Part shown: piece by piece, positions 26,681 through 39,669 of the stretch
Numbering within the stretch: the stretch's first letter is position 1
Layout: each line of letters starts with the position of its first letter
Source: Mobula hypostoma
Lineage: Eukaryota
Direction: 5' to 3'
Assembly: GCF_963921235.1 (NCBI RefSeq)
Contig: NC_086108.1
Location: 7,750,001-7,814,000 of the forward strand
Length of the DNA stretch: 64,000 nucleotides
The notes under the pieces: model-generated
Told to the model about the DNA's origin: nothing
Seen by the model: only the letters and a program-made list of their open reading frames with translations
Databases searched by the model: none
Position numbers and translations under genes: made by a program

Positions 26681-27254
26681 ATTCACATCCACAAGCCGCT
26701 GAAGCAAGTAAAGCCTGTCCAGGGGCTGACAGCCGCAGCTACAGCCACAGAGTCAGTCAGTTCAGAGCTGTGTTGATGGCGTCAGACTACAGCCGCAGAT
26801 CCAGTTCCATGCTGAAGCACCTCCATCCAATTGCGCAAGTAGTAAAGCACATTTAGCCCTCAGGACGTTCTACATTAAACTGCAACCAAAAGCGAGTCCA
26901 CAGCCACGAGCCTCTGAGGTGATCACACCTTGCAGCGAGAGGCCCAAGAGTCCTGCACCTTCCACCGGCAGCAGCGAGAGAGACCGGTCAAACATGGGCA
27001 GACGGTGCCGAACACTCGTTCATTTCCCGCTCTCGTCCTTGTTGATTTTAACCTTGCTCGACACTTTAATTGGCAGGGAACAACGGTGCCAACCACAGGC
27101 TCATATTCTGCCATTAGGAATCAACCTCCAGCAACGAGTGTAGCTGCACTCCTCACCAAATCCTCCAAGAGATCGCAGAAGCGCCAGATCGTTCAGTTGG
27201 TCAAAAAGACGTTCTTTAAGGAGGAAATTACAGGCTGCAATTGATCCCAATTCA

Positions 27255-27885
27255 AAAGAAGTCATAGTCACAGAAAAGTACAGTCCAGTAACAGGCCCTT
27301 CAGCCCATCTAGTCCATGCAAAACCATTTATACTGCCTACTCCCATCAACCTGTATCAGAACTATCACCTGCCGTCCACGTCCCATCATTCTTATAAACA
27401 TTGAAATCAAACTTGCATGCATCATTTGCGCTGGCAACTCAGTCCACACTCTCACCACCCCCATGTTCACCTTTCACCCTTAACCTATGACCTCCAGCTG
27501 AAGTCCCAACCAACCTCAGTGGAAAAAGCCTGCTTGCATTTACCCTGTCATAATTTTGTATACCTCTATCAAATCTCTCCTCAATTGTCTACGTTCCAAG
27601 GAATAAAGTCCTAAATCTATTCAATCTTTCAACATAACTCAACACCATCCTTGTAAATTTTCTCTGTACTCTTTCAATCTTACTTACATCTTTCCTGTAG
27701 GTCAGTGAACGATACTGCACAGAACACTCCAAATAAGGGCTCACCATCTTATACAACTTCAACATAACATCCCATCTCCTGTACTCAATACTTAGGTTTA
27801 TGAAGGCCAATGTGCTAAAAGCTTTCTTTATGAACCTCTCTGCCTGTGACACCTTTCAATGAATTATGGACCTACATTACCAGAC
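27255..27885 (-). repeat. CR1 3' end
   Basis: ORF 27589-27852 matches the CR1 ORF2 C-terminus; 3'UTR similar to 46625-46890. Confidence 0.8.
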
Positions 27886-28319
27886 CTGGCATATTTAGAA
27901 GAGTATCCAGTTCTGGGAGCTGTCCGCCAGAAATGTGAATGGAAGAATTGGCTTATTTCACGATATATGCCAGTGATATTAAACCAGATTCTGAACTATA
28001 CTCACTTGCCACATCAATTGAGATGTTTCCCACAATGATCTCACTTTAAGTACTCTTTATCTCATGTTCTCATTATTTACTGCTATTTATTTCTATTTGT
28101 ATTTGCAGAGTTTGTTGTTTTCTGCACTCTGGTTGCTTTTTCATTGATCCTGTTATAGTTACTATTCTATAGATTTACTGAGTATGCCCACAGGAAAATG
28201 TATCTCAGGGTTGTATATGGTGACATATATGTACTCTAATAATAAAACTTACTTTGAACTGAAGCAGTAAAAGGGAAAACAGAATGCAGAATGGCAAAGG
28301 TGGGATGCACTTTCAAAAA

Positions 28320-28780
28320 ACACAAGGTTCTGCAAATGCTGGAAATCTTGAGCAAAATACACAAAGTTGTGGAGGAAATCAGTAGGTCAGGCAGCTTCTA
28401 TGGAGGGGAATAGACAATCAACTTTTGTCACTAAGACAAGGGTTCTCAACAGTCTTTATGCCTTAGACCCTTACCATTAACCAAGGGGTCCATGGACCCC
28501 CGCTGTAGGGGAATCGAAGGCCCTTCCATCAGAGATTGGAAAGGAAGGGGGCAGAAGCCAGACTAAGATGAGGAGAGAGAGGAGTGCAAATGAGATGAGG
28601 TGAGGGTGAAGGTAGGTGGGTGGGGGAAATGAAGTAAAAAGCTGGGAGGTGATAGGTGGAAGGGATGAAGGGCTGAAGACAAAGGAACCAAATAGGAGAG
28701 GAGAGTGGACCATGGGAGAAAGGGAAGGAAGATGGGAGCTAGAGGAAGAGGTTACAGGCAGGTGAGGAGAAGAGGCGAGG
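28320..28780 (-). mobile_element. Penelope-like terminal fragment with a small hAT-like MITE at ~28437-28515
   Basis: Shared 3' module; insert starting caagggttctcaac resembles caggggttcccaac at 36004. Confidence 0.6.
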
Positions 28781-29100
28781 TGTGAGAACCACGTTTTGTG
28801 AGCACCATGACATACCACCAAGTGAATTATCCAGTGTAGGAACGTAGAGTAAGATCCCACAATGTGAAAGGGGGGCAGGCAGATGTGCACCTTAGGACTT
28901 ATATTAAACGCTGAGCAACTCTGTACGGTAACTGATCAAATTGCAATGCAATACTACGATCTCTTTAGCCGGGCGAACGTGTCGGCCAGCTAATAAACGG
29001 TGCCAGCCACTTTAATAAGACGCCCCTGCTCCCTTTCAGTGGGACCACCGGTGCTGTTCGCCGCCAAAAAAAATTAACCGAGCGCTTTCGCTGTATTCAC

Positions 29101-29192
29101 CGTTTCTGAGCCTCCAGCCCCCACAGGCGGATCTGCCGGTCATACTGCGCCGCCTCCTCCTCACTGATCACCGGTTCTTCCTTCTCCACCAT
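29101..29192 (-). CDS. SAE1: SAE1 coding exon 1
   Basis: Hand translation MVEKEEPVISEEEAAQYDRQIRLWGLEAQK(R), the SAE1/Aos1 N-terminus with the E1 YDRQIRLWG motif; ATG at 29192-29190; donor CG|GTGAAT; 92 nt, phase 2. Not in the ORF track. Confidence 0.97.
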
Positions 29193-29380
29193 GTCGCCGT
29201 CCGCCCGCCCTTTTCCAATCCCGCGTACCGGCCCCGTGACGTCCGCACTCCGTGCGTACACGGCGTCATCGCGTCAGACGTCCCCTCACCTCCCCTCCCT
29301 CCCGTGCGACGTCACGGGGAGGAGGAGCGCCGACGGACGAGCCAACCTTTGGAGTTACGTGAGGACGTTACGTCTTTCAT
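29193..29380 (-). promoter_or_regulatory. SAE1 CpG-rich promoter/5'UTR with GC box and several CRE/ATF-like motifs
   Basis: Densest CpG segment of the window, immediately upstream of the ATG; CCGCCCGCCC at 29201; TGACGTC, GACGTCA and TTACGT motifs at ~29237, 29308, 29355, 29367. Confidence 0.8.
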
Positions 29381-30154
29381 TCATTCAATAATCGATTGCT
29401 CCCAAAGGAAATTCGTGTCACAGTAGTATTACAAGTGCAGAGATATAAATATCAGAAGAGAAGTAGACAGAATAAAAAATAATTTAGTATAAACAGTCTA
29501 ACAGGAGTGTGTCAAACTGCATCTCAGGGTGGTATGGCAATTGTCCCGTATCGGACCGCAAAGCACTCCAGCCTGTGGTGAAAACTGCCCAGCGGATTAT
29601 CGGCACCCAATTGCCCAGCATTGAGAACATCTACCATAAACGCTGCCTGGGCAGGGCGAAAAGCATTATCAGGGATGCATCTCACCCTAACCATGGACTT
29701 TACTCTCCGCACATCCGGTAGGCGCTACAGGAGCCTCCGCTCCCACACCAGCAGGCACAGGAAGAGCTTCTTCCCTGAGGCTGTGACCCTGAACCTCACA
29801 TCACAGCGCTAAGCAATATTGCACCCATATTGTATGTCTCAGCACTTTTATATTTGTGTACTGTAGCACTTACTTTTTATTCGCAGTTATTTTGTAAACA
29901 ACTCTATTCTTTGCATTTCTCTTCAGATGCTAACTGCATTTCATTGGTCTTGTATCTGTACTCGGCACAATGACAATAAAATTGAATCTAATCTAATCTA
30001 ATCATTTACCCAAGGTGGCATGCAGAGGCTGAGAATTGCTAGGATTTTCCATGTTCCTTTGCTCTAAAAAAAGCCTCCAGGGTGTCCAGTTTAACGGAGC
30101 CAGCCTTTCTAATCAGTTTATTGAGCCTGTTGGCATCACTATGTTAGAAACGTA

Positions 30155-30366
30155 TATGTGTGTTTGTGTGGTGGAGTCGTCGGGGCGCAGTCATGACAAG
30201 CTAATTTTTTGGTATGCTCATCGTACGGCATGTCTTGTGCATCTGAAACCTGGCAGACACTCAACCCAGGCACAGATGGAGAGCGAGCAAGGGAGCCGGC
30301 TGGATTCAAACTCGGGAACTCTTGCCCCGAAGTCCAGCACTGATGCCACTATGCCACCAGCCAGCG
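30155..30366 (-). mobile_element. tRNA-derived SINE with CA-rich tail, inserted in the CR1-a tail
   Basis: A box TGGCATAGTGG and B box GTTTGAATCC; TSD tgttagaaacRta at 30142-30154 and 30367-30379. Confidence 0.85.
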
Positions 30367-33300
30367 TGTTAGAAACATAGAAAACCTACAGCACAATACA
30401 GGCCCTTTCGGCCCACAAAGCTGTGCCAAACATGTCCCTACCTTAGAACTACCGAGGCTTTACCCATAGCCCTCTATTTTTCTAAGCTCCATGTATCCAT
30501 CCAGGAGTCTCTTAAAAGACACTATAATTTCCACCTCCACCACCGCCGCCAGCAGCCCATTCCATGCACTCACCACTCTCTGCATAAAAATTTATCCCTG
30601 ACATCTCCTCTGTACCTATTTCCAAGCACCTTAAAACTATGCCCTCTCGTGCTAGTCATTTCAGCCCTGGGAAAAAGTCTCTGACAATCCACACGGTCAA
30701 TGCCTCTCATTATCTTGTACACCTCTATCAGGTCACCTCTCATCCTCATTCGCTCCAAGGAGAAAAGGCCGAGTTCACTCAACCTATTCTCATAAGACAT
30801 GCTCTCCAATGCAGGCAACAGCCTTGTAAACTTCCTCTGCACCCTTTCTATGGTTTCCATGTCCTTCCCGTAGTGAGGCGACCAGAATTGAGCACAGTAC
30901 TCCAAGTGGGGTCTGACCAGGGTCCTATATAGCTGCAACATTACCTCTCGGCTCTTAAACTCAATCCCACGATTGATGAAGGCCAATGCACCGTATGCCT
31001 TCTTAACCACAGAGTCAACCTGTGTAACAGCTTTGAGTGTCCTATGGACTCGGACCCCAAGATCCCTCTGATCCTCCACACTGCCAGCTTACCATTAATG
31101 CTATATTCTGCCATCATATTTGACCTACCAAAATGAACCACCTCACACTTATCTGGGTTGAACTCCATCTGCCACTTCTCAACCCAGTTTTGCATCCTAT
31201 CAATGTCCCATTGTAATCTCTGACAGCCCTCCACTTCCTTATCCAGGTCATTAATAAAAATCACAAAGAGTAGGGGTCCCAGAACAGATCCCTGAGGCAC
31301 ACCACTGGTCACCGACCTCCGTGCAGAATATGGCCGGTCTACAACCACTCTTTGCCTTCTGTGAGCAAGCCAGTTCTGGATCCACAAAGCAATGTCCCCT
31401 TGGATCCCATGCCTCCTTACTTTCTCAATAAGCCTTGCATGAGGTAACTTATCAAATGCCTTGCTAAAATCCATATACACAACATCTACTGCTCTACCTT
31501 CATCAATGCGTTTAGTCCTCAAAAAATTCCTCTCCAAATGTGCATAAATCCCACCTCTCAGGATCTTCTCCATCAACTTACCAACCACTGAAGAAGACTC
31601 ACTGGCCTATAATTTCCTGGGCTATCCCTACTCCCTTTCTTGAATAAGAGAACAACGTCCACAACCCTCCAATCCTCCGGAACCTCTCCCATCCTCATTG
31701 ATGATGCAAAGATCATTACCAGAGGCTCAGCAATCTCCTCACTTGCTTCCCACAGTAGCCTGGGGTACATCCCACCCGGTCCCGGTGACTTATCTAACGA
31801 TGCTTTCCAAAAGCTCCAGCACATCCTCTTCCTTAATATCTACATGCTCAAGCTTTTCAGTCCGCTGTAAGTCACCCCTACAATCACCAAGATCCTTTTC
31901 CGTAGTGAATACTGAAGCAAAGTATTCATTAAGTACCTCCACTATTTCCTCCAGTTCCATACACACTTTTCCATTGTCACACTTGATTGGTCCTATTCTC
32001 TCACATTTTATCCTCTTGCTCTTCACATACTTGTAGAATGCCTTGGGGTTTTCCTTAATCCTGCTCGCCAAGGCCTTCTCATGGCCCCTTCTGGCTTTCC
32101 TAATTTCATTCTGAAGCTCCTTCCTGCAAGCCTTATAATTTTCTAGATTCCTATCATTACCTAGTTTTTTGAACCTTTCGTACGCTTTTCTTTTCTACTT
32201 GACTAGATTTAGAACAGCCTTTGTACAGCATGGTTTTTGTACCCTACCCTACCATCCTTCCCTTGTCTCATTGAAATGTATCTACGCAGAACTCCACGCA
32301 AATATCCCCTGAACATTTGCCACATTTCTTCCATACGTTTCCCTGAGAACATCTGTTTCCAATTGATGCTTCCAAGTTCCTGCCTGATAGGCTCATATTT
32401 CCCCTTACTCCAATTAAATGTTTCCCTAACTTGTCTGTTCCTATCCCTCTCCAATGCTATGGTAAAGGAGATAGAATTGTGATCACTAACTCCAAAATGC
32501 TCTCCCACTGAGAGACCTGACACCTGACCAGGTTCATTTCCCAATACCAGATCAAGTACAGCCTCTCCTCTTGTAGGCTTATCTACATATTGTGTCAAGA
32601 AACCTTCCTGAACACACCTAACAAACTCCACCCCATCTAAATCCCTCACTCTAGGAAGATGTCAATCAATATTTGGGAAATTAAAATCTCCCACCACAAC
32701 AGCCCTGTTATTATTACTCCTTTTCAGAATCTGTCTCCCTATCTGCTCCTCGCTGTCCCTGTTACTATTGGGTGGTCTATAAAAAACACCCAGTAGAGTT
32801 ATTGACCCCTTTCTGTTTCGAACTTCCACCCGCAGAGACTCAGTAGACAACCCCTCCATGACTTCCTCCTTTTCTGCAACCGTGACACTATTTCTGATCA
32901 ACAGTGCCACACCCCCACCTCTTTTGCCTCCCTCCCTGTCCTTTCTGAAACACCTAGAGCCTGGCACTTGAAGTAGCCATTCCTGTCCCTGCACCATCCA
33001 AGTCTCTGTAATAGCCACAACATCATAGCTCCAAGTACTGATCCACGCTCTAAGCTCATCCGCTTTATTCATAATATTCCTCGCATTAAAATAGACACAT
33101 CTCAAACCATCAGTCTGAGCGCGTCCCTTCTCTATCACCTGCCTATCCTCCCTCTCGGACTGTCTCCAAGCTTTCTCTATTTGTGAGCCAACCTCCTTGT
33201 CCTCCGACACTTCGGTTTGGTTCCCACCCCCCAGCAATTCTAGCTTACACTCTCCACAATAGCCTTAGCAAACCTTCCCGCCAGGATATTGGTCCCCTGG

Positions 33301-34397
33301 GATTCAAGTGCAACCCATCTTTTTTGTACAGGTCGCACCTGCCCCAGAAGAGGTCCCAATGATCCAGAAATCTGAATTCCCTGACCCCTGCTCCAATCCC
33401 TCAGCCACACCTTTATCCTCCACCTCACTCTATTCCTATACTCACTGTCACATGGCACAGGCAGTAATCCCGAGATGACTACCTTTGTGGTCCTGCTTCT
33501 CAACTTCTTTCCCTGTAGTTTGTTTCCAGGACCTCCTCCCTTTTCCTACCTATGTCGTTGGTACCAATATGTACCACGACCTCTGGTTGTTCTCCTTCCC
33601 ACTTCAAGATATCGTGGATGCGATCAGAAACATCCTGGACCCTGGCACCTGGGAGGCAAACTACCATCCGAGCATCTTTCCTGCATCCACAGAATCGCCT
33701 ATCGGACCCCTTATCTATGGGGTCCCCTGTCACTGCTGCCATCCTCTTCCTTTTCCTACCCTTCTGAGCCACAGGGCCAGACTCTGTGCCAGAGGCATGG
33801 CCACTGTTGCTTCCCCCAGGTAGGCCGCTCCCCCGCCCCATCAGTACTCAAGCAGGAGTACTTATTGTTAAGGGGGACATCCACTGGGGTACTCTCTAGT
33901 ACCTGCTTCTTGCCCTTCCCTCTCCTGACTGTTACACACTTCTCTATCTCCTGTGGCCCCAGGGTGACTACCTGCCTACAGGTCCTCTCTATCACCTCCT
34001 CACTCTCCCTGACCAGACAAAGGTCATCAAGCTGCAGCTCCAGTTCCCTAACGTGGTCCCTATGGAGCTGCAGCTCAACACACCTGGTGCAGATGTGGGC
34101 GTCCGGGAGGCCGGGAGTCTCCAGGACCTCCCACATCTGACACCAAGCACAGAAAACCTGCCTCACACACATACTTTCTGTCTTTATTTTAAACAGATAA
34201 CCTGCCTGGCCTCGACCCCTTATCGCCTGAGCCCAGTTGAGCCAAAGCCTTCCTACTCTGTCTTCCACTAATCTGTGGCCCGCTCCTCCAACGTCCGCTC
34301 TGTTATCTGTCTTCCTTTTAAACTCTTCCTGCTGCTCTCACTGGCTGAGCTCTACGCGCTTGCACAGTGGTGCCCCGTTCAAACCGCTGAATAAATA
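30367..34397 (-). mobile_element. Near full-length CR1 LINE (CR1-a), decayed
   Basis: ORF1 zinc finger/leucine zipper (CAWC..CTRC) and SGNH esterase (VVHIGTND); ORF2 YFNAR, GDFNFP, SDH, DFSKAFD, GVPQGSVLGP, RPHLEYC; TTCTATGT-like tail. Confidence 0.94.
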
Positions 34398-34729
34398 ACT
34401 ATTGATACCATTGCCCCAGTACACCACCACATAGATGACTGCTGTTTGTAGAAGTCCCCATTGACTGGAAATGCATTGGCCCATACAGACACATGGAGGC
34501 AAGAGCAAGCAGCCCCTCCTGACCTGACAACTGCCTACAGTCGGAGTGGGACCTTCAGTGCAGAGAATGTTGCCCGGATTCTCAGTTACAAATCTAAAAT
34601 GAATTTATTATCAAGGTACATATAGGTCACTATGTACAACCCTGAGATTCATCTTCTTGCGATATTCACAGTAATTACAAAGAAACAATTGAATCAGTGA
34701 AAAGCTGCACACAACAAGACAGACAAGCA

Positions 34730-35280
34730 ACACACACAAGATGCTGGAAGAACTGAATAAACAGTCGACAGTTGAAGACTGACAGATCTTTCTTCAAGGA
34801 GGAAAGGAAGGGGTAAGATACCAGAATAAAAAAGTAGTGGGTAGGGGAAGGAGGATTGCTAGAAGGTGATAGGTGAAACCAAGTGGGTGGGAAAGGTAAA
34901 GGCTGGAGAAGAAGGAATCTGGTAAGAGAGGAGAGCGGACAATAGAAGAAAGGGAAGGAGGGGACACAGGGGTAGGTGATAGCCAGGTGAGAAGAGGTAG
35001 GAGGTATGAGTGGGGAATAGAAGAAGAGGGAAGGGGAAGGGGTGGATTTCTTTTACCAGAAGGAAAAATTGATATTCATGGCATCAGGAGGAAGGCTACC
35101 CAGATGGAATGGAATATAAGGTGTTTTTCCTCCACCCTGAGGGGAGGCCTCACTTTGGCACAAGAGGAGGCCATGGACCGACATGTTGGAATGGGAATGG
35201 GAATCAAAATTAAAATGTTTGGCCACCAAGTAGTTCCGCTTTTGGTGGATGTGGTGGATGTAGCAGAGGTGCTGCAAATA
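34730..35280 (-). mobile_element. Penelope-like GIY-YIG 3' fragment
   Basis: VAKHFNFDSHSHSNMSVHGLL..LGSLPPDAMN in ORF 35053-35277, plus the shared 3' region. Confidence 0.8.
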
Positions 35281-36824
35281 CTAACATTTTTTTAAAACAA
35301 TAAAAATAATAAATAAATAAGCAATAAATATCAAGAGCCCTGCCCAAGGGTGACCTGCAGTCTAGCAGAGGGAAGGAGTGCCTTACACCTCCTTTGGTAG
35401 AGACATATCCCTACCCAGTCACCCAATATTAACAGCATTTGATAGCTACCTGGACATGTACATGGATTGGAATATTTCCATCGGAGCTGCTCACACAAGT
35501 CACCTTCCTAATGGTGCCACGGTAGATACACTACCATGGAGAGCATTCTAACTGGCTACTTTACCATCTGGTATGGGGAGTGGGGGACGCACAACACAGG
35601 ATCAAAGTAAGCTGCAGAAAGTTGTGAACTCAGCCAGCTCCACCGCGGGCACTGGCCTCCCCAACATCCAGAACATCTTCAAAGATCGATGCCTCAAAAT
35701 GGGGACATCCATCAAGGACTCCCATCTCCCAGGACATGCCCCCTTCTCAATGCTAACATCAGGAAGGAGGTACAGGAGTCTGAAAGCACACACTCAATGA
35801 TTCAGGAACAGCTTTTTCCCCTCTGCCATCTGATTACAGAAAGGACATTGAACCCATGAATGTTACCTCACTATACTTCTTACTGTAATTTACAGTTTGT
35901 ATTATTATGGATTGCAATGCACTGCTGCTGCTTAACAATAAATTTCACGACGTATACTGAGGATATTAAACCTGATTCTGATTTTGATTGGAAAGGTTTA
36001 GAACAGGGGTTCCCAACTTTTTTTTATGCCATGCCCTGAGGGGTACGTGGACATCCCTCTGAGGGATATGGGCCAATCACAGGCAAATGGAAATCAATTC
36101 AATTCAAGTTTTATTGTCATTCAACCATATATGAATACCCATGAACACAGCCAAATGTAACAGTGTTACTCCTGAGTCTAGGAGCAAAACATAGTCACAC
36201 ACAGCACAAAGCTCACTAGCACATACAAGATACAACACTTCACTTGTGAGTCTGTTGGGGTCATCTATTGCATCTGATGCTCCCGGCGCGGCCTCCTCTA
36301 TATCGGTGAAACCCAATGCAGATTGGGGGACCGCTTCGTCGAGCACCTCCGCTCCGTCCACCACAACAGACAGGATCTCCCGGTAGCCACCCACTTCAAC
36401 TCTGCTTCCTATTCCCATTCAGATATGTCCATACATGGCCTCCTCTACTGCCATGATGAGGCTAAACTCAGGTTGGAGGAGCAACACCTCAAATACTGTC
36501 TAGGTAGTCTCCAGCCCCTTGGTATGAACATAGAATTCTCCAACTTCCAGTAATTCCCTCCCCCTCCCTTCCCCTATCCCTATGTCACTCTGCCCCCTCC
36601 CCCAGGTGCCTATCACCTCCCTCATGGTTCTGCCTCCTTCTACTACCCATTGTGTTTTCCCCTATTTCTTCTTCACTTTTCCTGCCTGTCACCTCCCTGC
36701 TTCCCCTCCCCCACCCCTTTATCTTTCCCCTTACTGGTTTTTCACCTGGAACCTACCAGCCTTCTCCTTCCCACCCTCCCCCCACCTTCTTTATAGGGCC
36801 CCTGCTCCCTCCCTCTACAGTCCT

Positions 36825-37464
36825 TTCTTTCTTTTTAAATCTTTTTATTGAATATGTATACAAAAAGGTAAGCCATATAGGCACTAATACACTGTTAAAA
36901 TATAATAAAATTACAGGAGATATTAATACAGATTAAAAAATGATACAAACAATGTAATTTAAACATAATATAATAAGGTAACATAATAGTATACTAATTT
37001 ATATATATATATATCAATAGAGAAAAGGGAAAAAAAACCCAAAAAAAACCCCAAAAAAAGACCCACCGTGCAACTAAACTAAAAGCAAAGCAAAGCAATG
37101 GGCTAGCTTGGAACCAAGTAGAGTTAAAGAACTTAAAATCATGTCCCCAAACCCGACCTCCATGAAAAACAGTAAAAAAAACAAGAAGGGAATATAAATA
37201 TGGAGCAAAAAAGAGAAGAAAAAAAAATTACATTAAATGAAAATATTGAATAAAAGATCTCCAGGTCTGTTCAAATTTAAGTGAGGAATCATAGAGATTG
37301 CTTCTAATTTTCTCCAAATTCAAGCATAATATCGTCTGAGAAAACCAAAAAAAGGTAGTTGGAGCATTAAGCTCTTTCCAATGTTGTAAGATACATCTTT
37401 TCGCCATTAAAGAAATGCAATCATTCTACGGGCTGAAGGAGAAAGATTACTGGAAATTTTAGGT
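36825..37464 (-). mobile_element. Short 5'-truncated L1 3' end (L1-e) inserted into a Penelope-like element
   Basis: TSD ccctYtacagtcct at 36811-36824 and 37465-37478; tail AATAAAAAGATTTAAAAAGAAAGAA closely matches the L1-b end; ORF2 C-terminal remnant. Confidence 0.88.
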
Positions 37465-37471
37465 CCCTTTA

Positions 37472-37509
37472 CAGTCCTGACGAAGGGTTCCGGCCCGAAA
37501 CGTTGACTG
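37472..37509 (+). ncRNA. Minimal type I hammerhead ribozyme motif
   Basis: cagtc-CTGACGA-aGGGttccggCCC-GAAA-CGTT-gactg: stem I cagtc/gactg, conserved core, stem II, loop-less palindromic stem III. Confidence 0.8.
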
Positions 37510-38439
37510 ATCGTTTCCACGGATGCTGCCCGACCTGCTGAGTTCCTCCAGTGTGTTGTGAGTGTTGCTTTGACCCCAGCATCTGCAGAGTACTTTGTGT
37601 TTACATACAAGATAGAAAGCACATAAGATACAGCAATGCAAAAGAGATGGTCCAGCCATGAATGCTGTGGAAATGTGTAGTTAATCACAATGCAGCTTAT
37701 CTTCTGCTGAGCAAACACTGGAATGGCAACACCAGTTCTAGACTGTATGGTCTACCACCCCACCCCCGGGAGCTGACTCTAACGCTGCTCTCCTGGTGGC
37801 TGTCAACAGGTGACAATGCAGCTTGAGGCCCAGTCCTTGCTATGACCAAGGCCACGCAGCACCCTGCCGTCCACTCCTGCTCTCTGCCAATATACCAGTG
37901 AATAGCACTTGTGGTATTCCACGCTAATAATATGCAAATGGGTCTTGCAATAACAAGAGAAGTGACTAAGACAATCACTCGCTATTGGACTCTACGCCTC
38001 CCTCGACACAGGAGGCAGCACGGCTCACAGCTCCTTCAGTTTCACCACCAACAAGCAACCTGCTGATGGTGTAGACCTGCAGTACTTTAATTTCTTAATG
38101 TAGGGCAGGATCTTGTGATCATAAAAAAAAGTACATTTAAAAAGGACAATTACACCTTTTGTTGACCCCATAGAAGCCACTGCGATCGAGCGCACCGCCA
38201 TCTTATTGGAAACCAACTGGAATCATAGTCAGCATCGATCACTTGTGTCAAAGTGTCTGTTTTTCATGTTGTATGTCTCCACCTGGGTAAGTGCAGCTCC
38301 ACGAACACTGAAGGGGTTACGGTAGCTAGAATCCAGAATATCCATACAACAAACAGGGACTCAGTGTTATGTCGTGTAACTTCAAAACAATAAACTAATT
38401 CAAAGGGGTCTGAATGTGCAGGCCTAACTTTGTATTTAT

Positions 38440-39062
38440 AAAACCATAAGATATAGGAGCAGAATCAGGCCATTTGGCCCGTCGAGTCTGCTCCGCCATT
38501 TCATCATGGCTGATTCATTTTCCCTCTCGGCCTCAATCTCCTGCCTTCTCCCCGTATCCCTTCATGAAGAAAATATGAACGTCTGCCTTAAATATTCATA
38601 AAGATTTGGCCTATGGCAATGAATTCCACCGATTCACCGTTCTTTGGCTAACTAAACTCCCCCTCATCTTTGTTCTGAAAGGATGCCCCTCTATTCTGAG
38701 GCTGTGTCCTCTGGTCTTAGACACCCTCACCATAGGAAACATCCTCTCCACATCCACTCTATCAAGTATTCAATAGGTTTAAATTAGGTCACCCCTCATT
38801 CTTCTGAATTCCAGTGAGTACAGGCTAGAGACATCAAATGTTCTTCATATTAAACCCATTAAATTATGAAATCATTTTCATTTATCTCCCCTGAACCCAC
38901 CCCAATGTCAGCACATCCTTTCTTAGATAAGGAGCCCAAAACTGCTCGCAATATTCCAAGAGAGGACTTACCGGTGCGTTATAAAGCTTCAACATTACAT
39001 CCTTGCTTTTATAATTCTAGTCCTCTTGAAATGAATGCTAACATCGCATTTACCTTCCTTAC
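38440..39062 (-). repeat. CR1 3' end
   Basis: Similar to CR1-b 47753-48400. Confidence 0.8.
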
Positions 39063-39669
39063 TGAAGTAAAAACTTCAGTTTTTTACTTTAAGTGAGGCA
39101 CGCACGTATCGCGTGGGGCTGAGAAGGATAATGAATGTATGCAATTTATGTAATTATACATATAACTCATAATTAATTACTTAAACAAGAATGGTTAATC
39201 AACAATATATTTACAAGATTATTCAAATGTTACCTATATATTGCAGTGTCTATAAGAAGTATTCATCCTCTCCCTCCGGCCCCCCTTGAAAGTTTTCGTG
39301 TTTTATTGTTTTACCACATTGAATCACAGTGGATGTAATTTGGCTTTTTTTGACACTGATCAACAGAAAAAAATCTCTTTCATGTCGAAGTGAAAACAAA
39401 TCTCTACAAAGTGATCTAAATTAATTACAAATATAAAACACAAAATAATTGATTGCATAAGTATTCGCCCTCCTCCCCCCCCTTAATATGACAGACCAAA
39501 TCATCATTAGTGTTGCCATTTGGTTTCAGAAGTCATATAATTAGTTGAATGGAGATCACTGTGTTCATTCAAGGTGTTTCAATTGATTGTAGTAAAAATA
39601 CTGCTGGGTGAGTCAGTATCCTGGCAGAAGCTACACTATAAAGACAAAAGAACACTCAAAACAACCCTG

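Larger units (their letters stand above)
36235..37601 (+). mobile_element. Penelope-like element 3' part (GIY-YIG endonuclease), split by L1-e
   Basis: VIYCI..LYIGETQCRLGDRFVEH...PVATHFN...EEQHL..LGSLQPLGMN, then a pyrimidine-rich stretch and a hammerhead motif. Confidence 0.88.
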
